From positions 480,001-544,000 of the forward strand of contig OY763415.1 in NCBI GenBank assembly GCA_963667565.1: 64,000 nt of DNA. The letters run 5' to 3'. The stretch's first letter is position 1; each line of letters starts with the position of its first letter. The position numbers and the translations under genes were made by a program. A model generated the notes under the pieces. It was not told where the DNA came from and did not search any database. It saw only the letters and a list, made by a program, of their open reading frames with translations. This document shows positions 29,300 through 40,309 of the stretch, piece after piece. Origin of the DNA: Acholeplasmataceae bacterium. GTDB lineage: Bacteria; Bacillota_I; Bacilli_A; Acholeplasmatales; Acholeplasmataceae.

Positions 29300-31765
29300 A
29301 TGATCCAGTTAAATCATTTAGATAAATACTTCTTTAAAAATAAGAGAAATCAAATTCACGTCATTGATGATGTCAATTTAACATTTCCAACAAGTGGACT
29401 TGTTGTCTTATTAGGGCCATCTGGTTCAGGTAAAACAACGCTTCTTAATGTGATTGGTGGTCTTGATCGCGTCGAAAGAGGAGAAATCGTTTTTGATGAT
29501 CAAGTTATTAGAGGATATAAAGCGAATCAATGGGATGACATTAGAAATGAAAAAGTCGGATATATATTCCAAAATTATAATTTATTACCTCATTTGTCAG
29601 TTTATGAAAATATTGCTTTTGTATTAAGATTATTAGGTATTACAGATGAAGCAAAAATAGAAGATAGTGTACATTATATCTTAAAAGCTGTTGGCATGTA
29701 TAAATATAGAAAAAAACGTGCTACACAATTATCAGGTGGACAACAACAAAGAGTTGCTATCGCAAGAGCACTTGTTAAAAATCCTGAGATTGTCATCGCG
29801 GATGAACCTACAGGAAACCTAGACAGTAAAAACACACTTGATGTCATGAAAATCATCAAGGAAATATCTAAAACAAAACTTGTTGTATTAGTCACTCATG
29901 AAAAAGATATTGCTAAGATTTATGGGGATCGTATCATTGAAATTAAAGATGGTAAGGTCATTAGTGATCATGAAAACACAACTAAATTAGATTATGAACA
30001 TATTGATGATAATATTGTTTATTTAAAGGATATGCATGAGCATTTTGCACATGAAGATAAACAATTTGAAATCAAAATGTTTGATGAATCCAATGAGCCA
30101 GTTGATCCTGTAAAAGTAAGACTTATCGTAAGAAATAAGACATTATATATTGATGTCGATAGTAGTTTCCAAAAGGTAAAACTTATTGATGATAATTCTA
30201 ATCTGATTTTAAAGGATGAACACTACAATAAAGAAGATCAACAAGAATTAACAGAAACGACTTTTGATAGTAATTACCTAGATTTAAAAGGATATAAGAA
30301 ACAAAATAAAGCGCTAGTTTCCATCAAACAAATTTTTATGTTGGCGATCCAAAAAGTTTTACAATCAACAAGAAAAGGCAAACTGTTGTTATTTAGCTTT
30401 ATTATTTCTGGTGCGATGATTGCACTTGCGATGAGTTTAGCGGCAAATTTCTTTATTCCTAATAAAGCGCTCATGGTTTATGACAACGACTATGTCATCG
30501 CAACATATAATACTGAACTTACGGCTTATCAAAGACCAACATATCAAGATTTTAAAGATGCAATGGGTGAAAATGATTTTATGAACTTATTACCATCCGC
30601 TTCTTTTGATATTGTTGATCAGCAAACAAATGCCACTTTCTTGAACTTCTTTGGCGCTATTGATTTAATTGATAATTTAAGTAGACCAAAAGTTGTTGAA
30701 GGTGTACTCGCAGAAAATAGAAATCAAATCATGATTTCAACAGCTTTAGCAGATAGTTTATTTGAAACATCACTTTTTGATTTTAGTCCAGAATTAGCAC
30801 AGGAGTATGGTATTTGGAATTATTCAGATTTACTTAAAGAAAAAATCGTTGATAATAATCAAATTGAATATGAAATATCAGGAATTATTAAATCGAATCA
30901 AAAAATTATTTACTTGAGTAAAGATACTTATTACTCAATGTTAACGATTAATCTTAGTGAACAAATAACAACTTCAATGGCTTTAGGAATTTATTATGGA
31001 TACAATCAAATTGACTCAGATCAACTTATCTATGGTAGTGTACCAACAGATGATTCAGTCATATTATCTGATACATTATTAACCACACTCGGCTATGCAA
31101 GTTTACTAGATGATGCAACAACATGGCCACAAGAAGTTACATATTTTGGAAGTGTCAGTGGTGTTGTGGAATCTAATTTAAATATTGCACTTGTTGATGC
31201 TGATAGATTAACAGAAAAAGTCTTTAATTCAAGAGTCAATTCTTATAATCTTATGGTATATATTCATACGGATAATCCTAGAACACTCATCAATAATATT
31301 AACCAAATTGATACACTAGTTGGATATAAAGAATCAACTTTTGTCATCGCACAATCGATGCTTGATGTGACTTTAACATTTATGATTCCAATGATTGTTA
31401 TCATTTTTTCAACATCATTCTTAGGTTTTTATTTCCTTATGCATTCAACATTAATTTCTAGAATTTATGAAACTTCAGTATATCGTTCATTAGGAATGAA
31501 AAAGAAGGATCTATTCATCTCATATATCGTTGAATCAAGTTTCATAACAACAATCACATCAATATTGGGATATACACTAGCTACTATTGCATTGGTTAAA
31601 ATGTCAAGCTCATCACTGGGATTTTCACCATTCATTGCGACTCCAGTGACGATTCTCATTGGACTCATCATCGTTTATGTGATCAATATTAGTGCTGGTA
31701 TGCTGCCTATTTCTAGACTTCTTAGAAAGACACCTTCAGAAATTGCATCTAAATATGATATATAA
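29300..31765 (+). CDS. MacB/FtsX-type fused ABC ATPase-permease
   Basis: GPSGSGKT, LSGGQQQR, ADEPTGNLD and SVYRSLGM. Confidence 0.88.
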   Translation: MIQLNHLDKYFFKNKRNQIHVIDDVNLTFPTSGLVVLLGPSGSGKTTLLNVIGGLDRVERGEIVFDDQVIRGYKANQWDDIRNEKVGYIFQNYNLLPHLSVYENIAFVLRLLGITDEAKIEDSVHYILKAVGMYKYRKKRATQLSGGQQQRVAIARALVKNPEIVIADEPTGNLDSKNTLDVMKIIKEISKTKLVVLVTHEKDIAKIYGDRIIEIKDGKVISDHENTTKLDYEHIDDNIVYLKDMHEHFAHEDKQFEIKMFDESNEPVDPVKVRLIVRNKTLYIDVDSSFQKVKLIDDNSNLILKDEHYNKEDQQELTETTFDSNYLDLKGYKKQNKALVSIKQIFMLAIQKVLQSTRKGKLLLFSFIISGAMIALAMSLAANFFIPNKALMVYDNDYVIATYNTELTAYQRPTYQDFKDAMGENDFMNLLPSASFDIVDQQTNATFLNFFGAIDLIDNLSRPKVVEGVLAENRNQIMISTALADSLFETSLFDFSPELAQEYGIWNYSDLLKEKIVDNNQIEYEISGIIKSNQKIIYLSKDTYYSMLTINLSEQITTSMALGIYYGYNQIDSDQLIYGSVPTDDSVILSDTLLTTLGYASLLDDATTWPQEVTYFGSVSGVVESNLNIALVDADRLTEKVFNSRVNSYNLMVYIHTDNPRTLINNINQIDTLVGYKESTFVIAQSMLDVTLTFMIPMIVIIFSTSFLGFYFLMHSTLISRIYETSVYRSLGMKKKDLFISYIVESSFITTITSILGYTLATIALVKMSSSSLGFSPFIATPVTILIGLIIVYVINISAGMLPISRLLRKTPSEIASKYDI

Positions 31766-31791
31766 AAAAAGGCTTATTTAAGCCTTTTGTT

Positions 31792-32400
31792 TTATTTATA
31801 AGTTACAATATCTTCTAATGGCAATCTTATTGAAGCCCAACCAGACTCATTTGCTTTACCAATTGAGATGATGAGTAATGGTTTATAACGGTCTTTGTCT
31901 AAATCTAGGACTTCAGCAAGCATATCATGTCTAAAACCGCCTATTGGACAAGTGTCATATCCATGTGATTTAGCAACAAGCATAAGTTGCATTGCAAATA
32001 ATCCACCATCAAATACACCTGTACGTTCAACTTGTTTTAAATCAAGATCATCAATCATGTTTGTGATATTTCTAATTTGACGTTCCATCACATCTTTAGG
32101 CATAATGCCTTGTTCATAGGCAGTTGTATATATTTTCTCTGCATACTCATATTTTTTCAAATCTGTAAATAAACAAATCATATGTGATGATGTTTCAAGT
32201 TGAAGTTGATTCCCAAATAAAACAGGTTTTAATTTCTCTTTGTATGTATCACTTTCAATAACAACTAATCTAGTAGGTTGCATGTTCATAGATGATGGTG
32301 CACGCAGGGTTTCTTCTAAAATAAGTGTTAAAGTTTCTTTTGATATTTTTTCATTAGCATCATAATTTCTTATGGATTTTCTCTCTGTAAATACGTTCAT
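31792..32400 (-). CDS. Nitroreductase family protein (YodC-like)
   Basis: RKSIRNYD, APSSMNMQP and GYDTCPIGGF. Confidence 0.88.
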   Translation of the reverse strand: MNVFTERKSIRNYDANEKISKETLTLILEETLRAPSSMNMQPTRLVVIESDTYKEKLKPVLFGNQLQLETSSHMICLFTDLKKYEYAEKIYTTAYEQGIMPKDVMERQIRNITNMIDDLDLKQVERTGVFDGGLFAMQLMLVAKSHGYDTCPIGGFRHDMLAEVLDLDKDRYKPLLIISIGKANESGWASIRLPLEDIVTYK

Positions 32401-32503
32401 GATACCCTCCTTTTATACGCGTAAATTATAACATTTTATTTGAATATGTTAAATGATTTTGCTTATCACATTATGTTATAATAAAAGTGAAGGGATGGCG
32501 CTT

Positions 32504-33028
32504 ATGAAAACACATTTTATTTTTATTAGACATGGGGAACCAAGATATGACGAAGTATCAGTCAAGTGGAACAAAAGTATTGGATATAATTTTGGGAAAT
32601 TATCCGATAATGGTGTAGATCAAGCTGAAGAAGTAGCAAAAAATGAAATTTTAAAGGGAGCAGAAATTATTGTTTCTTCACCTTATACAAGAGCACTTCA
32701 AACAGCTGCAATCATTTCAAGAGTTACAGGTATAAAATTAACCGTTGAAAATGACTTACACGAATGGAATCCGGATGAAGGATATATTTTTGATGATGAA
32801 TCCAATGGATCATTTGAAGAATACCTAAAAAATAGAGGAGTTCATCAATTTGGAGATAAACATCGATTTGAAACCTATGAAAATGTTCAAAAACGTGTTG
32901 AACTAACACTCATGAAATATAAAACATATAAAAAAGTGATTGTTGTATGTCATGGTATTGTTATCTCAGCAGTGACAAATTTCGATGATGTCATTGAGCA
33001 TTGTGGTATTAGAGAAGTGGATATTTAA
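32504..33028 (+). CDS. Histidine phosphatase family protein
   Basis: FIRHGE, SSPYTRALQTA and VVCHG. Confidence 0.88.
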   Translation: MKTHFIFIRHGEPRYDEVSVKWNKSIGYNFGKLSDNGVDQAEEVAKNEILKGAEIIVSSPYTRALQTAAIISRVTGIKLTVENDLHEWNPDEGYIFDDESNGSFEEYLKNRGVHQFGDKHRFETYENVQKRVELTLMKYKTYKKVIVVCHGIVISAVTNFDDVIEHCGIREVDI

Positions 33029-34032
33029 TGAATATTAAAAGGCTTGAAGATTGGTATCAAAAAAATCATAGAAAATTAGTGTTTAGAGAAACGAAAGAAC
33101 CTTATAAAATTTGGGTAAGTGAGATTATGTTACAACAAACTCAAGTCGATACCGTTCTTCCTTTTTTTGAGCGCTTTATTGGTTTATATCCAGATGTTAA
33201 ATCATTAGCAGAAACTGATGAACTAACGCTACATAAAGCTGTAGAAGGTCTAGGATATTATAGAAGATTTAGATATATGCAAAAAGCTGCTCAAGTGATC
33301 TTGAGTCAATTTGATTCTAAATTTCCTAAGACATATGAAGATGTATTAAAACTTCCTGGTATCGGTTTATACACAGCAGGAGCGATTATGTCGATTGCAT
33401 ATAATAAGCCTTATAGTGCATTAGATGGCAATGTTATAAGAGTACTTTCTAGATATTTAAATATTGATAAAGATATGCGCATCGAATCACATAAAAAAGA
33501 ACTTAATAGCATAAATCAATCTTATATAGAACAAGCAACACCACATGTATACACACAAGCGATGATGGAATTAGGTGCAACCATATGTAGACCTAAACAG
33601 CCAAAATGTGATATATGTCCTTTGCAAGAGCATTGTTTAGCATATGAATTAGGCAATCAAAGCGAGCGCCCTGTTCTTTCTAAGCTAAAAGATAAAAAGG
33701 AAATCAATTATATCACTTTAGTGATCAAAGATGATGCATCCATCTATTTATACAAACGAACTGAGGAACTACTAAAAAACATGTACGTCTATCCTCAATT
33801 TGAATCTGAATCTATATATCAAGTCATTGCTGAATTGGAATCCCAAGGCATGCATATTGAAATCATTCAGCATTTAGGATTATATAAGCATGTGTTTACT
33901 CATATGATTTGGCATATGGATGTATATGAAGTTAGACTATTAAATGACGCATATGATCCTACTTGGGAAAAAGTATCAAGAGAGAACTTTGATAGTTTGC
34001 CTATGGCAATTGCACATAAAAAAATAAAATAG
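33028..34032 (+). CDS. mutY: A/G-specific adenine glycosylase
   Basis: WVSEIMLQQTQV, GLGYY, LPGIGLYTAGA, DGNVIRV and the C-x6-C-x2-C-x5-C Fe-S motif. Confidence 0.93.
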   Translation: MNIKRLEDWYQKNHRKLVFRETKEPYKIWVSEIMLQQTQVDTVLPFFERFIGLYPDVKSLAETDELTLHKAVEGLGYYRRFRYMQKAAQVILSQFDSKFPKTYEDVLKLPGIGLYTAGAIMSIAYNKPYSALDGNVIRVLSRYLNIDKDMRIESHKKELNSINQSYIEQATPHVYTQAMMELGATICRPKQPKCDICPLQEHCLAYELGNQSERPVLSKLKDKKEINYITLVIKDDASIYLYKRTEELLKNMYVYPQFESESIYQVIAELESQGMHIEIIQHLGLYKHVFTHMIWHMDVYEVRLLNDAYDPTWEKVSRENFDSLPMAIAHKKIK

Positions 34033-34044
34033 AGGTTATTTTAT

Positions 34045-35082
34045 ATGCAAAAAAGAATTAAGATGATTGAAGTTGATTCAGTGATTGGAAAAACGAAATT
34101 GATTGAATTAAATCAGCATCATACCAAAGTTGTGATATCGACATATGGTGCGGGTATTTTTGATTTTATCTATAAGGGTCGTCAACTATTACAAAGACCA
34201 CAATCTTTAGATGATTATTTACAATCTAGATCTTATTATGGAAAAACAATTGGTCGTACGAGTGGACGGTTATTTCCACCACATTTTAAAATTGATGATC
34301 ATCTATTTGAAATTAAAAAATCATCACACAATGATGTTCATATTCATGGTGGAGATGATGGGTTTTCATTTAAAACTTTTGAACTTATTAGATATACTTA
34401 TATTGATCAACAAATCAATATCACATTACGATATGTCTCAGAAGACCTAGAAGGTGGATATCCAGGTCAACTTACACTAGATGTGAGTTATTCATTAAAT
34501 AAGTATGGTGCTTTAACCATCACATACGATGCAACAACGACAAAAGATACGTTATGCAATATCACTAATCATATCTACTTCAACTTAAATGAAGATAAAC
34601 AAAATTTAGATGATACTTTGATTAAAGTACTTGCAAATAAATATATAGAAACTGATCAATCATTTAAACCAATATCAGAAAAGCAAGTCTATCAAACACC
34701 TTTTGATATGCTTGATTTTAAACCGATTAATGATGTTTTAAAAACATTAAATCAAAATGGGATTAAAGGTCTTAATACTGCATTTAGTGATGTGATTAAA
34801 GATAGAGGTCCTATTGTTCAACTTAAACAAATAAAGGATCGATTAGGTGTAGACATTTATTCGACTTACCCAAGTGTTGTGATATATACACATGACTATC
34901 CAGATCATGATGTATTAATCAGTGATAAACACCATGGTGTTCATGGATCAATCGCTATTGAATGTCAATATGAACCTGCAGGTATTTATTTAGATGAATT
35001 GCATGATTCGATTTTAAGAAAGCATCAACGATATCATGAAGAGATAAAATTCGTACCTTATACGATAAAAAAAGACCGATGA
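34045..35082 (+). CDS. galM: Aldose 1-epimerase (mutarotase)
   Basis: YYGKTIGRTSGR, HIHGG, GYPG, NITNHIYFNL and AIECQ. Confidence 0.82.
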   Translation: MQKRIKMIEVDSVIGKTKLIELNQHHTKVVISTYGAGIFDFIYKGRQLLQRPQSLDDYLQSRSYYGKTIGRTSGRLFPPHFKIDDHLFEIKKSSHNDVHIHGGDDGFSFKTFELIRYTYIDQQINITLRYVSEDLEGGYPGQLTLDVSYSLNKYGALTITYDATTTKDTLCNITNHIYFNLNEDKQNLDDTLIKVLANKYIETDQSFKPISEKQVYQTPFDMLDFKPINDVLKTLNQNGIKGLNTAFSDVIKDRGPIVQLKQIKDRLGVDIYSTYPSVVIYTHDYPDHDVLISDKHHGVHGSIAIECQYEPAGIYLDELHDSILRKHQRYHEEIKFVPYTIKKDR

Positions 35083-35107
35083 GTAAGTACTCATGGGTCT
35101 TCTTATT

Positions 35108-35593
35108 TTATGAAATGATTTCTACAAAACCTTGATTTTTATTTAACATGTGGTAAAGGGGTAAACCCACTAAATAGACAACAACTGCTTCACCAAGACC
35201 TACAGTAAACACAGATAACCAAAATGGGACAAGAATCATCACATTTAATAATGTAGCTACATAAAATGCGTTAAGAAGTACTGGAAATAACATAGCAATA
35301 AACTTATGGTTTTTAAAAAGTAACATTAAATAAATAGCAATTGCAGATGTTAGAGTACCAAACATAGCATCATAAAATCCAAATGATTCTGGTGAGAAGA
35401 GATTTGCTATAAACGTACCTATTAATAATCCAATCATATGCTTTTTACTAAAGAATACTAATACGAGTAAAGCTTCAGCAATTCTAAATTGAACTTGTCC
35501 AAAGCTAATGGGGATTAATACAAGTACCAATACCACATAAATTGCCCCAATTAATGCTTGAAAAATGAGGTCTTTTAAATACAATTTATTCAT
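35108..35593 (-). CDS. queT: QueT-family queuosine-precursor ECF S-component
   Basis: PISFGQVQFRIAEAL and GTFIANLFSP; preQ1 riboswitch upstream; divergent from tgt. Confidence 0.88.
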   Translation of the reverse strand: MNKLYLKDLIFQALIGAIYVVLVLVLIPISFGQVQFRIAEALLVLVFFSKKHMIGLLIGTFIANLFSPESFGFYDAMFGTLTSAIAIYLMLLFKNHKFIAMLFPVLLNAFYVATLLNVMILVPFWLSVFTVGLGEAVVVYLVGLPLYHMLNKNQGFVEIIS

Positions 35594-35600
35594 TTTTAGT

Positions 35601-35643
35601 CTCCTTGTTTTGTTAAAGCTGGTTAATCTAGGATACAGCTTTA
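35601..35643 (-). ncRNA. preQ1-I riboswitch, probably translational
   Basis: AAAGCUG-UAUCCUAGAUUAAC-CAGCUUU stem-loop followed by AACAAAACAAGGAG, which overlaps the queT Shine-Dalgarno. Confidence 0.8.
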
Positions 35644-35663
35644 TAAATACTTTAATATTTTAA

Positions 35664-36818
<1,155 letters not shown>

Positions 36819-36881
36819 TTCGCTTTATTTTGTTACACATTTCGTGTAAAATAAGGTTAGTTATTTTAAGGAGGGATACGC

Positions 36882-38018
36882 ATGGTATTTGGCGAGGATA
36901 ATAACTTTAATCAAAAACCTGTCATTAAAGTCATCGGTGTTGGTGGCGGTGGAGGAAATGCAATTAATCGTATGATTGAAAACGATGTTAAAGGTGTTTC
37001 TTTTGTTGCTGTAAATACAGATGCACAAGTGCTTAAAGTTTCTAAAGCTGAAACGCGTGTTCAAATTGGTAAATATTTGACAAGGGGATTAGGTGCAGGT
37101 GCGAAAGCCAATGTAGGAAAAGAAGCGGCACTTGAATCTATTGATGAAATTGAAGAAGTATTAAAAGATGCGGATATGGTCTTTATTACTGCCGGTATGG
37201 GCGGTGGAACAGGGACTGGAGCAGCACCAGTGATTGCTCAAAAAGCAAAAGAACTTGGATGTTTAACGATTGGTATTGTCACAAAGCCCTTTACTTTTGA
37301 AGGACCAGCTCGTATGCAAGCAGCTGTATATGGATTAGAAGAATTAAAACCTCATGTGGATACTTTAATTGTTATTCCAAATGAGAGATTGCTTGCTGTA
37401 TCTGGCCCAACAACACAATTATTAGATGCATTTAGAGAATCTGATAATGTACTTAGACAAGGGGTTCAAGGTATTGCAGAAATTATTGCTATTCCTGGAT
37501 TAATTAATGTTGACTTTGCAGATGTTAGAACCGTTATGGAAAATAAAGGTACTGCACTTATGGGTATCGGTATTGCCTCTGGTGAAGATAGAGCTATTGA
37601 AGCAGCTAGAAAAGCTATTCATTCTAAATTATTAGAAGTTTCAATTGATGGGGCAACTGATGCGATTGTAAATATTACTTCAGGCACAAACATCACACTT
37701 TTTGAAACTGAACAAGCATTAAGCGAAATTAGAAATGCGACTGATCGTAGTCTAAACATTATCTATGGTACAACTGTGAATAATGAGATGGATGATGAAA
37801 TGATCGTTACTGTGATTGCTACTGGTTATGAATTAAAAGCTAAAGGTTCAACTATTGAAAATTTAGCATCTGAAATCTTTAATAAAACTTCAAGTGAACA
37901 ATTAACACTTACAAATGATGGTTTAATTAATAAAGAAGATGACGAAGAGGAAGAAGTTTCTGAAGGTCCTAAATCTAGAAATTTACCATCTTGGTTAAAG
38001 AAAAAAACAAATTTATAA
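36882..38018 (+). CDS. ftsZ: Cell division protein FtsZ
   Basis: [25 protein letters not shown] and C-terminal LPSWL. Confidence 0.97.
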   Translation: MVFGEDNNFNQKPVIKVIGVGGGGGNAINRMIENDVKGVSFVAVNTDAQVLKVSKAETRVQIGKYLTRGLGAGAKANVGKEAALESIDEIEEVLKDADMVFITAGMGGGTGTGAAPVIAQKAKELGCLTIGIVTKPFTFEGPARMQAAVYGLEELKPHVDTLIVIPNERLLAVSGPTTQLLDAFRESDNVLRQGVQGIAEIIAIPGLINVDFADVRTVMENKGTALMGIGIASGEDRAIEAARKAIHSKLLEVSIDGATDAIVNITSGTNITLFETEQALSEIRNATDRSLNIIYGTTVNNEMDDEMIVTVIATGYELKAKGSTIENLASEIFNKTSSEQLTLTNDGLINKEDDEEEEVSEGPKSRNLPSWLKKKTNL

Positions 38019-38056
38019 AAGGCGAAAGCCTTTTTTAATGAAGGAATGATGTATAT

Positions 38057-39154
38057 ATGTTAAAAGCTGGAATTGTCGGATTACCTAATGTTGGAAAATC
38101 TACATTATTTAATGCCATTACAAAAACTGAAGCACTTGCTGCAAATTATCCGTTTGCTACGATTGAGCCCAATGTAGGCATGGTTTTTGTTAATGACACA
38201 AGACTTGATGAATTAGAAAAAATATATAAGCCTAAAAAAGTTGTGCCAACTGCATATCAATTTATTGATATTGCTGGTCTTGTTAAAGGCGCTTCAAAAG
38301 GCGAAGGTTTAGGGAATCAATTTTTATCTCATATCAGAGAAGTAGATGCGATTTGTCAAGTGGTTAGACTTTTTGAAGATCACAATATTACACATGTTGA
38401 AGGTTCAGTAAATCCTGTTAGAGATATTGAAACTATTCAATTAGAATTAAATATTGCTGATTTAGAAGTCATTGATAAACGTATTGTCAAATTAGAGAAA
38501 AAAGCAAAAGCTAAAATTAAAGAAGCGATTTTTGAATATGACATTTTAAAGAAAATTAAAGATGCGTTAGAACAAGAAATTAATCCACGTGATTTAGATT
38601 TTACAGATGAAGAATTAAAAATGATTAGAAGTTTTAATTTGTTATCTTTAAAACCAATGCTATATATTGCAAATATTAGCGAAGATGAAGTATCTGATCC
38701 TAAATTGAATCCGCATTATGATGAAATGATGGGGTTTGCATCTAAAGCTAACACTAAAGTGGTCTTTATTTCTGCACAAGTAGAAATGGAAATTGCATCA
38801 TTGAATAAAGATGAGCAGGCATCATTTATGGAAGCATATGGTTTAACGCGTTCAGGTCTAGATGAAGTCATTGAGCAAAGCTATGATTTACTAGGTTTAT
38901 CAACTTATTTTACTGCTGGTGAACCAGAGGTTAGAGCATGGACGTTTGTCAAAGGCATGAAGGCACCTGAGTGTGCTGGTATTATTCATAGTGATTTTGA
39001 ACGAGGATTTATTAAAGCTGAAACACTTGCTTATGATGATTTAATGACTTACAAAACACCTCAAGCAGCTAAAGAACATGGACGCGTGAGACTAGAAGGT
39101 AAGGAATATATCGTCAAAGATGGTGATATTATGCTGTTTAGATTTAATGTATGA
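38057..39154 (+). CDS. ychF: Ribosome-binding ATPase YchF
   Basis: GIVGLPNVGKST, ANYPFATIEPN, DIAGLVKGASKGEGLGN and FRFNV. Confidence 0.96.
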   Translation: MLKAGIVGLPNVGKSTLFNAITKTEALAANYPFATIEPNVGMVFVNDTRLDELEKIYKPKKVVPTAYQFIDIAGLVKGASKGEGLGNQFLSHIREVDAICQVVRLFEDHNITHVEGSVNPVRDIETIQLELNIADLEVIDKRIVKLEKKAKAKIKEAIFEYDILKKIKDALEQEINPRDLDFTDEELKMIRSFNLLSLKPMLYIANISEDEVSDPKLNPHYDEMMGFASKANTKVVFISAQVEMEIASLNKDEQASFMEAYGLTRSGLDEVIEQSYDLLGLSTYFTAGEPEVRAWTFVKGMKAPECAGIIHSDFERGFIKAETLAYDDLMTYKTPQAAKEHGRVRLEGKEYIVKDGDIMLFRFNV

Positions 39155-39741
39155 TTAAACAAAGTGATCAATATAAAGTCATATGCGCATCAAAATACTA
39201 TACAACTGATGAAATGATAGGAATTTATAACCAAGGTTATCATGATTTTGGTGAGAATAAAGTCTATGATATGCTAAAAAAGATGGAAGATTTAAAAGAT
39301 TATGACATCACGTGGCATTTTATTGGACATCTTCAAACTAATAAAGTCAAAGAAATGATAAATCGAATTGATATGCTACATACACTTGATAGAATTTCAT
39401 TAAGAGATGCAATTCAAAAATATGCAAATCATAAGATTGATTGTTTGATTCAAGTCAATATTGGAGAAGAAATTCAAAAAAGTGGTATATTATTAGAAAA
39501 TTTGGATGAATTTCTTTTAGAAATTAAAAATTATGATAAAATTAATGTAGTCGGTTTTATGACTATGGGTATAGCAAATGACCCCATTAAAACTGAAGAC
39601 ATCTTTAAAAAACTTTATGATTTAAAAACGAAATATAAATATCCATATCTTTCCATGGGGATGAGTGATGATTACGAGTTAGCAATTAAGCATCACACTA
39701 CACATTTAAGAATTGGACGTGCTTTTAAATCCATATTGTGA
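39151..39741 (+). CDS. yggS: PLP homeostasis protein (YggS/YlmE)
   Basis: ASKY, FGENKV, WHFIGHLQTNK and LSMGMSDD. Confidence 0.9.
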   Translation: MIKQSDQYKVICASKYYTTDEMIGIYNQGYHDFGENKVYDMLKKMEDLKDYDITWHFIGHLQTNKVKEMINRIDMLHTLDRISLRDAIQKYANHKIDCLIQVNIGEEIQKSGILLENLDEFLLEIKNYDKINVVGFMTMGIANDPIKTEDIFKKLYDLKTKYKYPYLSMGMSDDYELAIKHHTTHLRIGRAFKSIL

Positions 39742-39752
39742 TAGGAGGCAAC

Positions 39753-40088
39753 ATGGCATTTGGTTCGAAAAAGAAAAAATCGAAAGATATTGTAGAAGAA
39801 GTTGTTGAATCAACCTACGATAAAATTATTTTCGAAAAACTTAATTCAGATGATGATCATTATTTAACAAATTTAGCTGATCAAATGATTGCTGGTGCAC
39901 CTCTTATCTTAAACTTTGAACCACTAGATGTTGATCAAGCAAACAAAGTTATCGCGTTTTTCTCAGGTGTTGTTTATGCAATAACTGGAGAAATCGTTCA
40001 TATTCAAGAAAAGGTATTCTTATTTGCAAACAAAGATGTTTATAAAGATGGATCCATTGAAGAATTTTTAAAAGAAATTGTAGAATAA
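39753..40088 (+). CDS. sepF: Cell division protein SepF
   Basis: LILNFE...ANKVIAFFSGVVYAITG; located after yggS; RBS AGGAGG. Confidence 0.8.
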   Translation: MAFGSKKKKSKDIVEEVVESTYDKIIFEKLNSDDDHYLTNLADQMIAGAPLILNFEPLDVDQANKVIAFFSGVVYAITGEIVHIQEKVFLFANKDVYKDGSIEEFLKEIVE

Positions 40089-40097
40089 TTAAATCAT

Positions 40098-40282
40098 GCG
40101 ATGAGAAGAACACATCCTTTAAGTTAAGGTTTTAAGCGAACTGGGTATGGTGTAAGCCAGTAAACAAACACTTAAGAGATATCACCTTTGAGCATTTTAT
40201 AAATTGAGTGCTAGATTATTTCTAGAACTAAGGTGGTACCGCGGAAATATTCGTCCTTAGATATTTGTCTAAGGACTTTTTT
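40098..40282 (+). ncRNA. Ile T-box leader
   Basis: Stem I with AGCGA and GGTGTAA elements; specifier ATC at 40181-40183; T-box AAGGTGGTACCGCGG at 40230-40244; terminator GTCCTTAGA...TCTAAGGAC followed by T6. Confidence 0.92.
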
Positions 40283-40309
40283 ATATGAAAAATCAAGGAG
40301 GATATAATC